Assembly: GCF_000242635.2 (NCBI RefSeq)
Contig: NC_017770.1
Coordinates: forward strand, 1,468,669-1,500,668
Source: Solitalea canadensis DSM 3403
GTDB taxonomy: Bacteria > Bacteroidota > Bacteroidia > Sphingobacteriales > Sphingobacteriaceae
Direction: 5' to 3'
DNA length: 32,000 nt
The position numbers and the translations under genes were made by a program. The notes under the pieces are model-generated. The model had not been told where the DNA came from, searched no databases, and saw nothing but the letters and a program-made list of their open reading frames with translations. The stretch's first letter is position 1. Each line of letters begins with the position of its first letter. Positions 7,439-20,451 of the stretch are shown here, piece by piece.

Positions 7439-8389
7439 ATGAAGAATCTTATTGTAATGGCTATACCCGGCTTTGTCATTTTATTGATAGCCGAGCTAGT
7501 TGTGGCTTACCTGCAAAAAAAACATGATGAATACTTTGATGCAAAAGATACTGCAAGCAGCTTATCAATGGGCATCGGAAATGTTATTATAGGGTTTATC
7601 AGTAAAGCAATCATTCCTGTAGCATTAGCATTTGTATACGATTTCAGGTTTTTTACTTTCCCTGAACACGGATGGTGGCCATGGATGGCATGGGTACTTT
7701 GTTTCTTTGCCGACGATTTTTCTTATTATTGGTTTCACCGTACCAGTCATAGTGTGCGATATTTCTGGGCATCGCACGTAGTACATCATTCTTCTCAAAA
7801 ATATAATCTTGGTACAGCTTTAAGGCAAACCTGGACCGGTAATTTATCAGGCTCATGGTTGTTTTGGCTTTGGATGCCTTTAGTTGGATTTACCCCGACA
7901 ATGATTACCACAATGATGGCTATTAGTTTGTTATATCAGTTTTGGATTCATACGGAGATCATTAAAAAAATGCCAAAACTAATAGAGTTTATATTTAATA
8001 CACCGTCTCATCACCGTGTTCATCATGCTTCTGATGTTAAGTATTTAGACCGTAATCATGCTGGTATTTTAATTATTTGGGATCGAATGTTTGGCACTTT
8101 TGTAGAAGAAGAAGAACATCCAACTTATGGATTAACTAAAAATATTGAAACCCATAATCCTTTTATTATTGCATTTAATGAATGGGGGGCAGTAATAAAA
8201 GATATTTGGAACGCACCTACATTTAGGGCCAAGATGGGTTATTTGTTTGGACCTCCGGGATGGAGTCATGACGGGAGTCGTAAAACATCAGCTCAGCTTC
8301 GGGCAGAATTACGACAACTAGCTTCGGATCAGGTAAAGACTAATACGACTAATGATCCCATTGTTAAGCCAACAACTGAATTAGTATAA
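7439..8389 (+). CDS. membrane fatty-acid hydroxylase/sterol-desaturase superfamily di-iron oxygenase, alkylglycerol-monooxygenase (AGMO/TMEM195)-like
   Basis: Histidine boxes FHRTSH, HVVHHSS and HHRVHH are present. Extended blocks SHVVHHSSQKYNLGTALRQ, LLYQFWIHTE, NTPSHHRVHH, AGILIIWDRMFGTF and GPPGW match, from memory, the conserved core of animal AGMO. N-terminal TM helices are present. Confidence 0.75.
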   Translation: MKNLIVMAIPGFVILLIAELVVAYLQKKHDEYFDAKDTASSLSMGIGNVIIGFISKAIIPVALAFVYDFRFFTFPEHGWWPWMAWVLCFFADDFSYYWFHRTSHSVRYFWASHVVHHSSQKYNLGTALRQTWTGNLSGSWLFWLWMPLVGFTPTMITTMMAISLLYQFWIHTEIIKKMPKLIEFIFNTPSHHRVHHASDVKYLDRNHAGILIIWDRMFGTFVEEEEHPTYGLTKNIETHNPFIIAFNEWGAVIKDIWNAPTFRAKMGYLFGPPGWSHDGSRKTSAQLRAELRQLASDQVKTNTTNDPIVKPTTELV

Positions 8390-8396
8390 AAAGGAG

Positions 8397-8418
8397 AAGA
8401 GAACCACTAGGTTCTCTT
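8397..8418. terminator. bidirectional stem-loop between convergent genes
   Basis: AAGAGAACC-ACTA-GGTTCTCTT forms a 9-bp perfect stem. T-rich sequence follows on + (TTCTGTT) and CTCCTTTTT follows on -. The right arm overlaps the last codons and stop of the - strand methyltransferase. Confidence 0.55.
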
Positions 8419-9618
8419 TTCTGTTATAATGACTTTGTATTTGCCTTCTGTCGTTTTAGTGAAAAAGAGGTAGGTACCTCCTCCATCAGCAATGTTCAGG
8501 ATTTTTCTGATTTCATCAACCGACACTGGAAAATTACGTTTAGTGATATTAGCCTTAGTGACTCCTTTTTGTTTTAGTGTTTTCTTAAGTGTTTTAGGTT
8601 GATAATCAAGTGTTTCAATGATTCTGAAAACTCTTCCAGGAAATTCATCCAGCTGATCCATATCGGTATAGTAAAAACCATCTTCTTGATCAGAACTTGC
8701 AGCTAAAAAGCCAAAGTATTTATTCAATAGTTGATTACAGGTGCGACTTTTGTAAAAGGCAACATCTGGTTCAAGTAAGTATCCGGAGAAGGTAGTTACC
8801 GGAGTAAGGTCAATTATTGGATGGTCTTTTTCAAAAATAAACCGTTGCTCTTTCCCTTTTCTATTGAGCAGTATAACATCGGATTGAACACTCTTGGGGT
8901 TCTCAAAATCAAATTCAAGCAATATTTCCTTACATTCATTATCTACTGAAACTACAGCTAAGTTGCTAAGGTTAGCAAATCTTCTCCAAGCTTCAGTATT
9001 ATCAAAAAGAGGAGAGGCCTTTACTACTAATTTGCGGCAAAGTTGTGCTGTAACAGGAAGAATTTCATAGAGATCAGGCGAACAATCCTCAAATAAGAAT
9101 ACACGGTTTTTAGTGTCGTCTCGACGTGCCGGATCTACGAATATGAGATCAAACTTTTCTCCTTTGTAATCAGCAAGAAATGCTTCAGCCGCCTGATTAA
9201 TCAGTTCAACATTAGTTGCACCAAGTAGCTTAAAGTTGTATCTAGTAATGTTTGCCAATACTGGAGACAATTCAAGACTAGTTACTTTGTTGAACTTCTT
9301 CGAGAAATAGAAGCTGTCGACACCCAATCCGGCTGTCAGATCAAGGCATATATTTCCGGAATAGTCTTTTAAGGCTGCTGCGGCTTCACTGCTTGATTGT
9401 TCATAAGATAAAGGCGGAATAATGCACAAGGCCTGATAGTAGGAAGGAAGCTTTAAGCGGGCACGTTGCAGGTATTTTAGCTGCGTGGAAATACTATTTA
9501 CAGGAAGGTGGGCTGATTTGTAAGATAAAGCAAATTTTAAAGGATCCGAACTGATGTTTTTACGAATCAGATCGCGGGCTTCGGTACTTGTCAAAAGTTC
9601 AAATTCTTCCTGTGTCAT
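8407..9618 (-). CDS. class I SAM-dependent methyltransferase, probably with a C-terminal THUMP-like domain
   Basis: 403 aa. Motif I LDLTAGLGVDSFYF and post-I/acidic motif LIFVDPARR indicate a Rossmann methyltransferase core. The ~130-aa C-terminal extension fits the Bacteroidetes MTase + THUMP-like architecture, but that domain call is from memory only. Confidence 0.7.
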   Translation of the reverse strand: MTQEEFELLTSTEARDLIRKNISSDPLKFALSYKSAHLPVNSISTQLKYLQRARLKLPSYYQALCIIPPLSYEQSSSEAAAALKDYSGNICLDLTAGLGVDSFYFSKKFNKVTSLELSPVLANITRYNFKLLGATNVELINQAAEAFLADYKGEKFDLIFVDPARRDDTKNRVFLFEDCSPDLYEILPVTAQLCRKLVVKASPLFDNTEAWRRFANLSNLAVVSVDNECKEILLEFDFENPKSVQSDVILLNRKGKEQRFIFEKDHPIIDLTPVTTFSGYLLEPDVAFYKSRTCNQLLNKYFGFLAASSDQEDGFYYTDMDQLDEFPGRVFRIIETLDYQPKTLKKTLKQKGVTKANITKRNFPVSVDEIRKILNIADGGGTYLFFTKTTEGKYKVIITEKRT

Positions 9619-9655
9619 TTGTAATGTTGAGAAAGTTGGTAGAAAGTATACTGTT

Positions 9656-10330
9656 TTATTTATCCCTTAGCGTAATTTCATCTATTTGAAGATAATAAAA
9701 GTCAGATTTAGCTTCTATATGACTTTCCTGGATAACCATTGTTTTATTAAAAATAGGACCGTCTAGAACCAATGTATGGTATTCACCTTGTTCACCACAA
9801 ATATCAATTCCCTTCAGTTCACGGAACATCGATAATTGATCAATTTTAGAAGGATTGATCCGATCTCCGACCCAGCTGCTGGTAAACCAAGGTTTGCGAA
9901 CCAATGAGAAAATAACCCTGAAATCTTCGTTGGGAATTCTGTTGATAAGTTCCATTCGATCAATTTGCCAAAGGGGCGTATAGACTTCCATTCCCACCGC
10001 TTCACTACGTTCTTTAATCCAGCTGGGAAAGTTGTTCACTTCATCAATATCACCACTGATCAATAACTCTATTCCCAGGTCATTTTTAAGATTTTGAATT
10101 GCATCCTCATAGCCCTCTTTAAAAGGCTCGTTTATCTCCACTATTTTATGAGGTATACCTAATGCTTCGGACTGGAGTTTTAGGATTGGAAGGGGATGAG
10201 CTAGAAAATCAGCATTCTTTGATGGGGCAAACGTAATCAGGTAATGAACAGGAATATTTTCTTTCAACGCTTGATGTAATGCGAGGACACAATCTTTCCC
10301 TCCCGTCCATAATATTGCTGCTGATGTCAT
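9656..10330 (-). CDS. Dph6/MJ0570-like N-type ATP pyrophosphatase (PP-loop family; annotated 'diphthine-ammonia ligase'-like)
   Basis: AILWTGGKDCVLAL is a variant SGGKDS PP-loop, and GEQGEYHTLVLDGP matches the GEGGE(F/Y)ET.VLD motif of MJ0570/Dph6. I moved the start to ATG 10330 (MTSAAILW). The track's start at 10384 is a TTG inside the rpmA terminator stem. Confidence 0.75.
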   Translation of the reverse strand: MTSAAILWTGGKDCVLALHQALKENIPVHYLITFAPSKNADFLAHPLPILKLQSEALGIPHKIVEINEPFKEGYEDAIQNLKNDLGIELLISGDIDEVNNFPSWIKERSEAVGMEVYTPLWQIDRMELINRIPNEDFRVIFSLVRKPWFTSSWVGDRINPSKIDQLSMFRELKGIDICGEQGEYHTLVLDGPIFNKTMVIQESHIEAKSDFYYLQIDEITLRDK

Positions 10331-10354
10331 TCGTAAATTTATTGCAAAGTAGTT

Positions 10355-10392
10355 CAACAAAAAAGCCTTTGGCAAAGGTACCAAAGGCTTTT
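10355..10392 (-). terminator. rho-independent terminator of rplU-rpmA
   Basis: On the - strand, AAAAGCCTTTGG-TACCTTTG-CCAAAGGCTTTT forms a 12-bp perfect stem running into TTTTTTGTTG. It starts 19 nt after the rpmA stop. Confidence 0.85.
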
Positions 10393-10410
10393 CTATAATT
10401 TAAACGTTCA

Positions 10411-10692
10411 TTAGTTTTTTGCTTCAGAAGCAGGAGCTTCGAAAGGAATAACTGAAACGTATGATTTGTCGTTTCTTTTCTTTTTGAAAACAACTGTACC
10501 ATCAACTAATGCAAACAAAGTATGGTCTTTACCGATACCTACGTTTTTATCAGGATTGTGTTGTGTACCACGCTGACGAACGATGATGTTACCTGCGATA
10601 GCAGTTTGACCACCAAAAATTTTAACGCCAAGACGTTTACTGTGTGATTCGCGACCGTTCTTCGAACTACCGGCCCCTTTCTTATGTGCCAT
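10411..10692 (-). CDS. rpmA: 50S ribosomal protein L27
   Basis: [28 protein letters not shown]... is the canonical L27 N-terminus. Confidence 0.97.
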   Translation of the reverse strand: MAHKKGAGSSKNGRESHSKRLGVKIFGGQTAIAGNIIVRQRGTQHNPDKNVGIGKDHTLFALVDGTVVFKKKRNDKSYVSVIPFEAPASEAKN

Positions 10693-10715
10693 TTCTTAAA
10701 TTCCTTTCTTAATGA

Positions 10716-11027
10716 TTAGAATACAATGTTTTCGATCTGAATTTTGGTGAACGACTGACGGTGTCCGTTTTTGCGTTTGTAACCTTTACGACGTTTTTTC
10801 TTGAAAACGATCACTTTATCACCTTTTAAGTGAGATAAGATTTTTGCTGTTACCTTTGAACCAGAAACGTTTGGAGCACCAACAGAGATTTTGTCACCGT
10901 TAGCCACAAGCAAAACATCGCCAAATTCAATACTAGCGCCCTCATCTCCTTGTAAACGATGTACAAAGATCTGCTGGTCTTTTGCAACTTTGAATTGTTG
11001 CCCTGCTATATTTACTATTGCGTACAT
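10716..11027 (-). CDS. rplU: 50S ribosomal protein L21
   Basis: MYAIVNIAGQQFKV..., a basic C-terminus KKRRKGYKRKNGHRQ, and the conserved rplU-rpmA order. Confidence 0.97.
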   Translation of the reverse strand: MYAIVNIAGQQFKVAKDQQIFVHRLQGDEGASIEFGDVLLVANGDKISVGAPNVSGSKVTAKILSHLKGDKVIVFKKKRRKGYKRKNGHRQSFTKIQIENIVF

Positions 11028-11058
11028 GATGAAATAAATAATTTATTTAAACGAGGTG

Positions 11059-11066
11059 CAAAAATA
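11059..11066 (-). promoter_or_regulatory. candidate Bacteroidetes -7 promoter box (TATTTTTG) for rplU-rpmA
   Basis: The - strand TATTTTTG matches the TAnnTTTG consensus 31 nt upstream of the rplU ATG. The only nearby TTG (-33-like) is 14 nt upstream, closer than usual. Confidence 0.35.
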
Positions 11067-11116
11067 GAAAATACTAATGACAATTGAAAGTTAGTTTCTG
11101 AAAAATGTTAAATAGT

Positions 11117-13447
11117 TTAGCATTCTTGATTCTTTCCTTCATTCAAATTCATTTCCACTAATACCTCATCCAGATTTCTTACCAGCGCATCTGCATTATC
11201 ATGGTTAAAAACCATTGGCGGCTTAATTTTTAATACGTTGTATAAGGGTCCGTCTGTACTGAGCAGAAATCCGCGTTCTTTCATTTTTTCTACAATTTCA
11301 TCTATCTCAGGTACAGCAGGTTCAAGGGTTTCTTTATTTCTGATCAGTTCGGCACCTACAAACAAACCATAACCCCGAACATCACCTATAATTGGATGCT
11401 TCTCTTTAAGTGATGATAAACCAGCCATCAAATAATTTCCGGTTTCTAACGCATGTTGCTGCATTTCTTCTGATTGAATGGTGGTTAATACAGCAATTCC
11501 GGTTGTCATAGAAACCGGATTTCCTCCGAATGTATTAAAATATTCCATTCCGTTGTTAAATGCTTCAGCGATCTCGGTAGTAGTTACAACTGCTGCCAAT
11601 GGATGACCGTTGCCAATCGGCTTCCCTAAAACCACCATATCCGGCACCACATTCTGTAGTTCAAAACCCCAGAATTTTTCACCAACACGTCCAAATCCAA
11701 CCTGAACTTCATCCGCAATACATACTCCACCTGCTGATCTGACGTATTTGTAAACTTCTTCAAGGTAGTTTTCAGGTAAAGGGATTTGTCCACCTACTCC
11801 TAAAAGTGTTTCACAAATGAAAGCAGCCGGGGCTTTATCCTCTTTTTCGAGTTTTTCAATCAGCTGTTGAACGCTTTTTGCGTACTGGGCTCCTGCATCT
11901 TTATCCTCATAACGATATTCACCACGGTACAGGTCCGGATTTTGAGCTTTATGAATATGTGGTGGCTGACCAAAGCCACCTTTACCATCAAATTTATAGG
12001 GGCTTAATTCCATGGCTACAGTTGATGTACCATGGTAAGCATGATCCAATACAATTACATCCTTTTGTTTAGTAAAATGACGGCTCATCCGGATGGCAAG
12101 ATCGTTGGCTTCGCTACCTGAATTGGTAAAAAAACAAACATTCAACGATGGTGGCAGCGTTGCACAAAGCATTTTTGCATAGTTGGTTAGATTGTCATTT
12201 AGGTAACGGGTATTGGTATTGAGCGTTGCAATTTGTTGTTGCATAGCTTTTACCACAGTTGGATGACAATGGCCTACATGACTTACATTGTTTACACAAT
12301 CAATATAGGTTCTTCCTTTATCATCATAAAGGTATTGGAAAGCTCCTTTAATAATTTTGAGTTTCTTTTTGTAGCTGATACTAAGGTTTCGTCCAATGAG
12401 TTCTTTACGCTCTTTTAACAACGTAGCGTAATCATCGTCCTGCTTAATGATCGGAGTATATCCACAAGCTATCCGCAGTTCATTTTCAACTAATACAGGA
12501 TTTGTTTTAATCAGTTTGAACAACAAATCCCATGCAGGTCGTTCAGTTATAAAATGATGTTGATTATCGCTTTGCAACGAGGCGTTATAAGCAGATTTGG
12601 TTACACTTATACAAAGGCGTGCACAAATAAGGTAATATAGAACTTCAATTTCTGTTTCTGTTAACGGATTTTCATGATGGTAACCTTTAACTACATTAGC
12701 CGCCACCATAACCGGATTTTCTTTATCCAGCATGGCATAAGTACAGGCAATTGCCACGTTGTTAATAACCTGCGAAAATACCATGTCACCAAAATCAATC
12801 AAACCGACGATCGAATTGCCACTTACCAGTACATTATAATCATTGGCGTCATTGTGAATAACTGCCGTCCGTAATGAAGGTAATTTGGGCAGGACTTCCA
12901 TCTCAAATTGTAGCAGAAAATAATCAGCAATCCGGCGTTTCTCATGATCCTTAATATAATGCAGGTCTTTTCTTGCATCCAGTGCATTACGGATATCCCA
13001 TTCATAATACCTGTTTATCGATGGGTGAAAAAATCCGGCAAGCGCACTGTCCATTTTTCCCAGGAATATACCAAGATCGACTTGCAATTCATTACTATGC
13101 TGTTGCTCCTCTACCCAAAAATTACCGTGAAGGAAATTTAATATCCTTAGATAATATTGATTTCCATTTAAGGTAATTGCAGTTAAAGATTGCGCCGTTC
13201 TGTTGGGTATAACCTGTTGAAATTTATTGGCAATACCTGATTGCGACAGGTGGTCAAGGATTTTAATCTGAGCCTCTAAAAAATGATAATCGTGTGCATC
13301 GGTTGATATTTTACCAATAAACTGCCCTCCGGATTCATCAGTAAGTAAGAAATTCTGCTCGTCATAACCATTTAAAGTTTTTGCTTTAACAATTAAATTA
13401 TAATGCTGTGCAACGAGTTGCTCTATATTTTGTTCAGTGAAGCTCAT
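11117..13447 (-). CDS. bifunctional fusion: N-terminal APH/hydroxylysine-kinase-like kinase + C-terminal class-III PLP enzyme of the AGXT2L (phospho-lyase) type
   Basis: 776 aa with no signal peptide. Kinase part (aa 1-~330): YDEQNF, catalytic loop [13 protein letters not shown] (HxDxxxxN) and IDFGDM. PLP part (aa ~345-770): [32 protein letters not shown] and PLP-lysine motif [10 protein letters not shown]. From memory, both halves track animal HYKK and PHYKPL/ETNPPL block by block. Confidence 0.85.
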   Translation of the reverse strand: MSFTEQNIEQLVAQHYNLIVKAKTLNGYDEQNFLLTDESGGQFIGKISTDAHDYHFLEAQIKILDHLSQSGIANKFQQVIPNRTAQSLTAITLNGNQYYLRILNFLHGNFWVEEQQHSNELQVDLGIFLGKMDSALAGFFHPSINRYYEWDIRNALDARKDLHYIKDHEKRRIADYFLLQFEMEVLPKLPSLRTAVIHNDANDYNVLVSGNSIVGLIDFGDMVFSQVINNVAIACTYAMLDKENPVMVAANVVKGYHHENPLTETEIEVLYYLICARLCISVTKSAYNASLQSDNQHHFITERPAWDLLFKLIKTNPVLVENELRIACGYTPIIKQDDDYATLLKERKELIGRNLSISYKKKLKIIKGAFQYLYDDKGRTYIDCVNNVSHVGHCHPTVVKAMQQQIATLNTNTRYLNDNLTNYAKMLCATLPPSLNVCFFTNSGSEANDLAIRMSRHFTKQKDVIVLDHAYHGTSTVAMELSPYKFDGKGGFGQPPHIHKAQNPDLYRGEYRYEDKDAGAQYAKSVQQLIEKLEKEDKAPAAFICETLLGVGGQIPLPENYLEEVYKYVRSAGGVCIADEVQVGFGRVGEKFWGFELQNVVPDMVVLGKPIGNGHPLAAVVTTTEIAEAFNNGMEYFNTFGGNPVSMTTGIAVLTTIQSEEMQQHALETGNYLMAGLSSLKEKHPIIGDVRGYGLFVGAELIRNKETLEPAVPEIDEIVEKMKERGFLLSTDGPLYNVLKIKPPMVFNHDNADALVRNLDEVLVEMNLNEGKNQEC

Positions 13448-13471
13448 GAGTTGTTTCTAATTAGTGCTTTT

Positions 13472-18603
<5,132 letters not shown>

Positions 18604-18637
18604 TTCAGTTTAAGTTAAGTGAATGGTAAGAGAAACC

Positions 18638-18799
18638 CTAACCCCTAAAGGGGGATTCTGACAGTGCTAACTTTGTTTTTGTAGTCACTTGGCTAAATCT
18701 TTACCTTCAAGAATTTCTAACTCGAGTGATAAGAAATCCTTATTACTCAAGTTAGAAATTGGTAAAGGGTTTAGATATTAGTTCCCTTTTAGGGGTTAG
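18638..18799. repeat. 162-bp nested imperfect palindrome (REP/MITE-like structured element) in the susD-GH2 spacer
   Basis: Three paired tiers are visible. The outer tier pairs CTAACCCCTAAA (18638-18649) with TTTAGGGGTTAG (18788-18799) and continues to GGG/CCC across a 1-nt bulge. The middle tier pairs CTTTACC (18699-18705) with GGTAAAG (18761-18767). The inner tier is a 21-bp stem, 18712-18732 with 18740-18760, with 2 mismatches and loop GAAATCC. There is no ORF. Confidence 0.75.
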
Positions 18800-18833
18800 T
18801 AGGGGTATTTCCCTGTGCGCTGTCATTCTTCTA

Positions 18834-18861
18834 CTCCTTTCCCTTCATGAGGGGAAAGGAG
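18834..18861 (-). terminator. stem-loop immediately downstream of susD (terminator or mRNA-stabilising hairpin; no U-tract)
   Basis: CTCCTTTCCC-loop-GGGAAAGGAG forms a 10-bp GC-rich stem 13 nt after the susD-like stop. A T-run does not follow, so classic intrinsic termination is uncertain. Confidence 0.45.
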
Positions 18862-18873
18862 TATGTTAAAACA

Positions 18874-20433
18874 TTACCAGTTCTTAGCCTGATGAATATT
18901 AGGATTCTTGCTTATTTCAGCAAATGGAACCGGATAGATATCGTGTTTTCCATTGATGAAATTGTTAGCAAACTCGTGATTATGGTTTGTCAAAACCGTT
19001 TTAATAGGTTCCGGGGCTGATTTGCTACGTGCCCAACGGTAAAGGTCGGCCCAACGGATACCAAATTCCATTGATAATTCACAAGGACGCTCATGATGGC
19101 GAATCTGTTCTCTTAATTGAGCAGTACTCAAGGCCACTAAAGGAGCAGCTTTGGCACGCTCACGAACACGATTTACAACTGTTAATGCCTCAGCGGTTAG
19201 TCCACGCTCATTCAGTGCCTCAGCGTGCATCAACAGAACATCAGCAAAACGCATTAGGTGTATATTAACACCTGTATAATTTTTATTATCAGCTAAATCA
19301 GCTGGATAGGCATATTTTTTAAAGAATACATGATAGTTTAACCCATCTTTTACATCCGAATACTTCATTTCAACTCCCTGTTCATTTACAACAGGTGCTT
19401 TAGAATTAGGATCATCGAAGAATAAGGTCGCATAAACACGATCGCTGTACGTACCATTGTCGGTTTTATCTTTCATAAACTCGCTTTCGAGATAAGGAGA
19501 AGGGTAAAACAACTCCCAACCATTCAAGGCATAAGACGAAACTTCCCAGGCAATTGGGTTGCGGGCATCAAAACTGTTGGTTCTGTCGGCGCTGAACTGA
19601 ATTTCAAACAAGGATTCCTTGTTGTTTTCAAAAGCTCCGTTAAAGTTATCACCATAGTTAGCCATCAGGTCATATTTTCCACTGTTAATCACACCTGCAA
19701 ATTCGGTGTTGGCATTCTCGAATTTTTCCTGGAATAGGTATGCTTTCCCCAGATAGGCCTGAGCTGTATATTTAGTAGCTCTACCCACCTCATTTCCGGC
19801 ACGACTTTCCGGCAGAAATTGTACACCTTCTTTAAAGTCGCTTTCTATTTGGTTCCAGATGTCTTCTTCTTTTGCTTCAGACGGGTAAAAATCAATTTCT
19901 TCTTTTTGGACTTTAGTGATTAAAGGAATGTTTTTGAAATAATTAATCAGGGTGAAATAATAATAGCCTCTCAGGAATTTGGCTTCAGCAATCATCATTT
20001 TCTTTTCCTCATCTGATAAACCATTTTGTGCATTACCCGAAACATTAGGAATATTTTCAATACACTGGTTTGCACGACTTATTCCGGCAAAGCAAGAATG
20101 CCAAAGATTTGTAAACGTGGATTCATCAGTGGTGTAGGTATACGAATGAAGCGACTTTCCATAACCTTCTGCTTTGTTATTGATGATCTCATCCGATTTA
20201 TAAGTGGATGAAATATAAAGTTCCTCAAACCAAGTCCATTTGTCTCCACCTGCCGATCGTAATGCGGCATAGGTCGATAAAATTCCCTGTTCTGCATGTT
20301 CTTTGGTTTTCCAGAAGGAACTTCCTGATAGGTCTTTTTTATTTTCTTTATCCAGAAAATCCTTTTCGCAAGCGGTGGAAGTAAAAACCAACGCAGCTGT
20401 GATTATATATAAATGTTTCTTTAACGTTTTCAT
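18874..20433 (-). CDS. SusD/RagB-family outer-membrane glycan-binding lipoprotein
   Basis: Lipoprotein signal (ALVFTSTAC). A 519-aa TPR-like helical protein 18 nt downstream of the SusC-like gene, with typical SusD blocks (AEAKFLRGYYYF, LMRFADVLLMHAEA, YPVPFAEISKNPN). Confidence 0.9.
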   Translation of the reverse strand: MKTLKKHLYIITAALVFTSTACEKDFLDKENKKDLSGSSFWKTKEHAEQGILSTYAALRSAGGDKWTWFEELYISSTYKSDEIINNKAEGYGKSLHSYTYTTDESTFTNLWHSCFAGISRANQCIENIPNVSGNAQNGLSDEEKKMMIAEAKFLRGYYYFTLINYFKNIPLITKVQKEEIDFYPSEAKEEDIWNQIESDFKEGVQFLPESRAGNEVGRATKYTAQAYLGKAYLFQEKFENANTEFAGVINSGKYDLMANYGDNFNGAFENNKESLFEIQFSADRTNSFDARNPIAWEVSSYALNGWELFYPSPYLESEFMKDKTDNGTYSDRVYATLFFDDPNSKAPVVNEQGVEMKYSDVKDGLNYHVFFKKYAYPADLADNKNYTGVNIHLMRFADVLLMHAEALNERGLTAEALTVVNRVRERAKAAPLVALSTAQLREQIRHHERPCELSMEFGIRWADLYRWARSKSAPEPIKTVLTNHNHEFANNFINGKHDIYPVPFAEISKNPNIHQAKNW

Positions 20434-20451
20434 ATTACTGGTGTTGATTTG

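Noticed and set aside
10331-10384. N-terminal 18-codon extension of the Dph6-like ORF as given in the ORF track
   Set aside because: The track's start is a TTG inside the right arm of the strong rpmA terminator hairpin. An in-frame ATG at 10330 gives MTSAAILWTGGKDC with the PP-loop at the normal distance from the N-terminus.
11878-13176. Six short ORFs (five on +, one on -, 60-67 aa) within the kinase::PLP fusion gene
   Set aside because: All are nested within, and mostly antisense to, a 776-aa ORF with conserved motifs along its whole length. They have no independent support.
18638-18799. Palindromic element considered as a CRISPR repeat, tRNA-like element or IS/MITE with terminal repeats and target-site duplication
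   Set aside because: It is a single copy in the window with no spacer-repeat periodicity, no cloverleaf, no transposase and no flanking direct duplication. I kept it only as a generic structured repeat.
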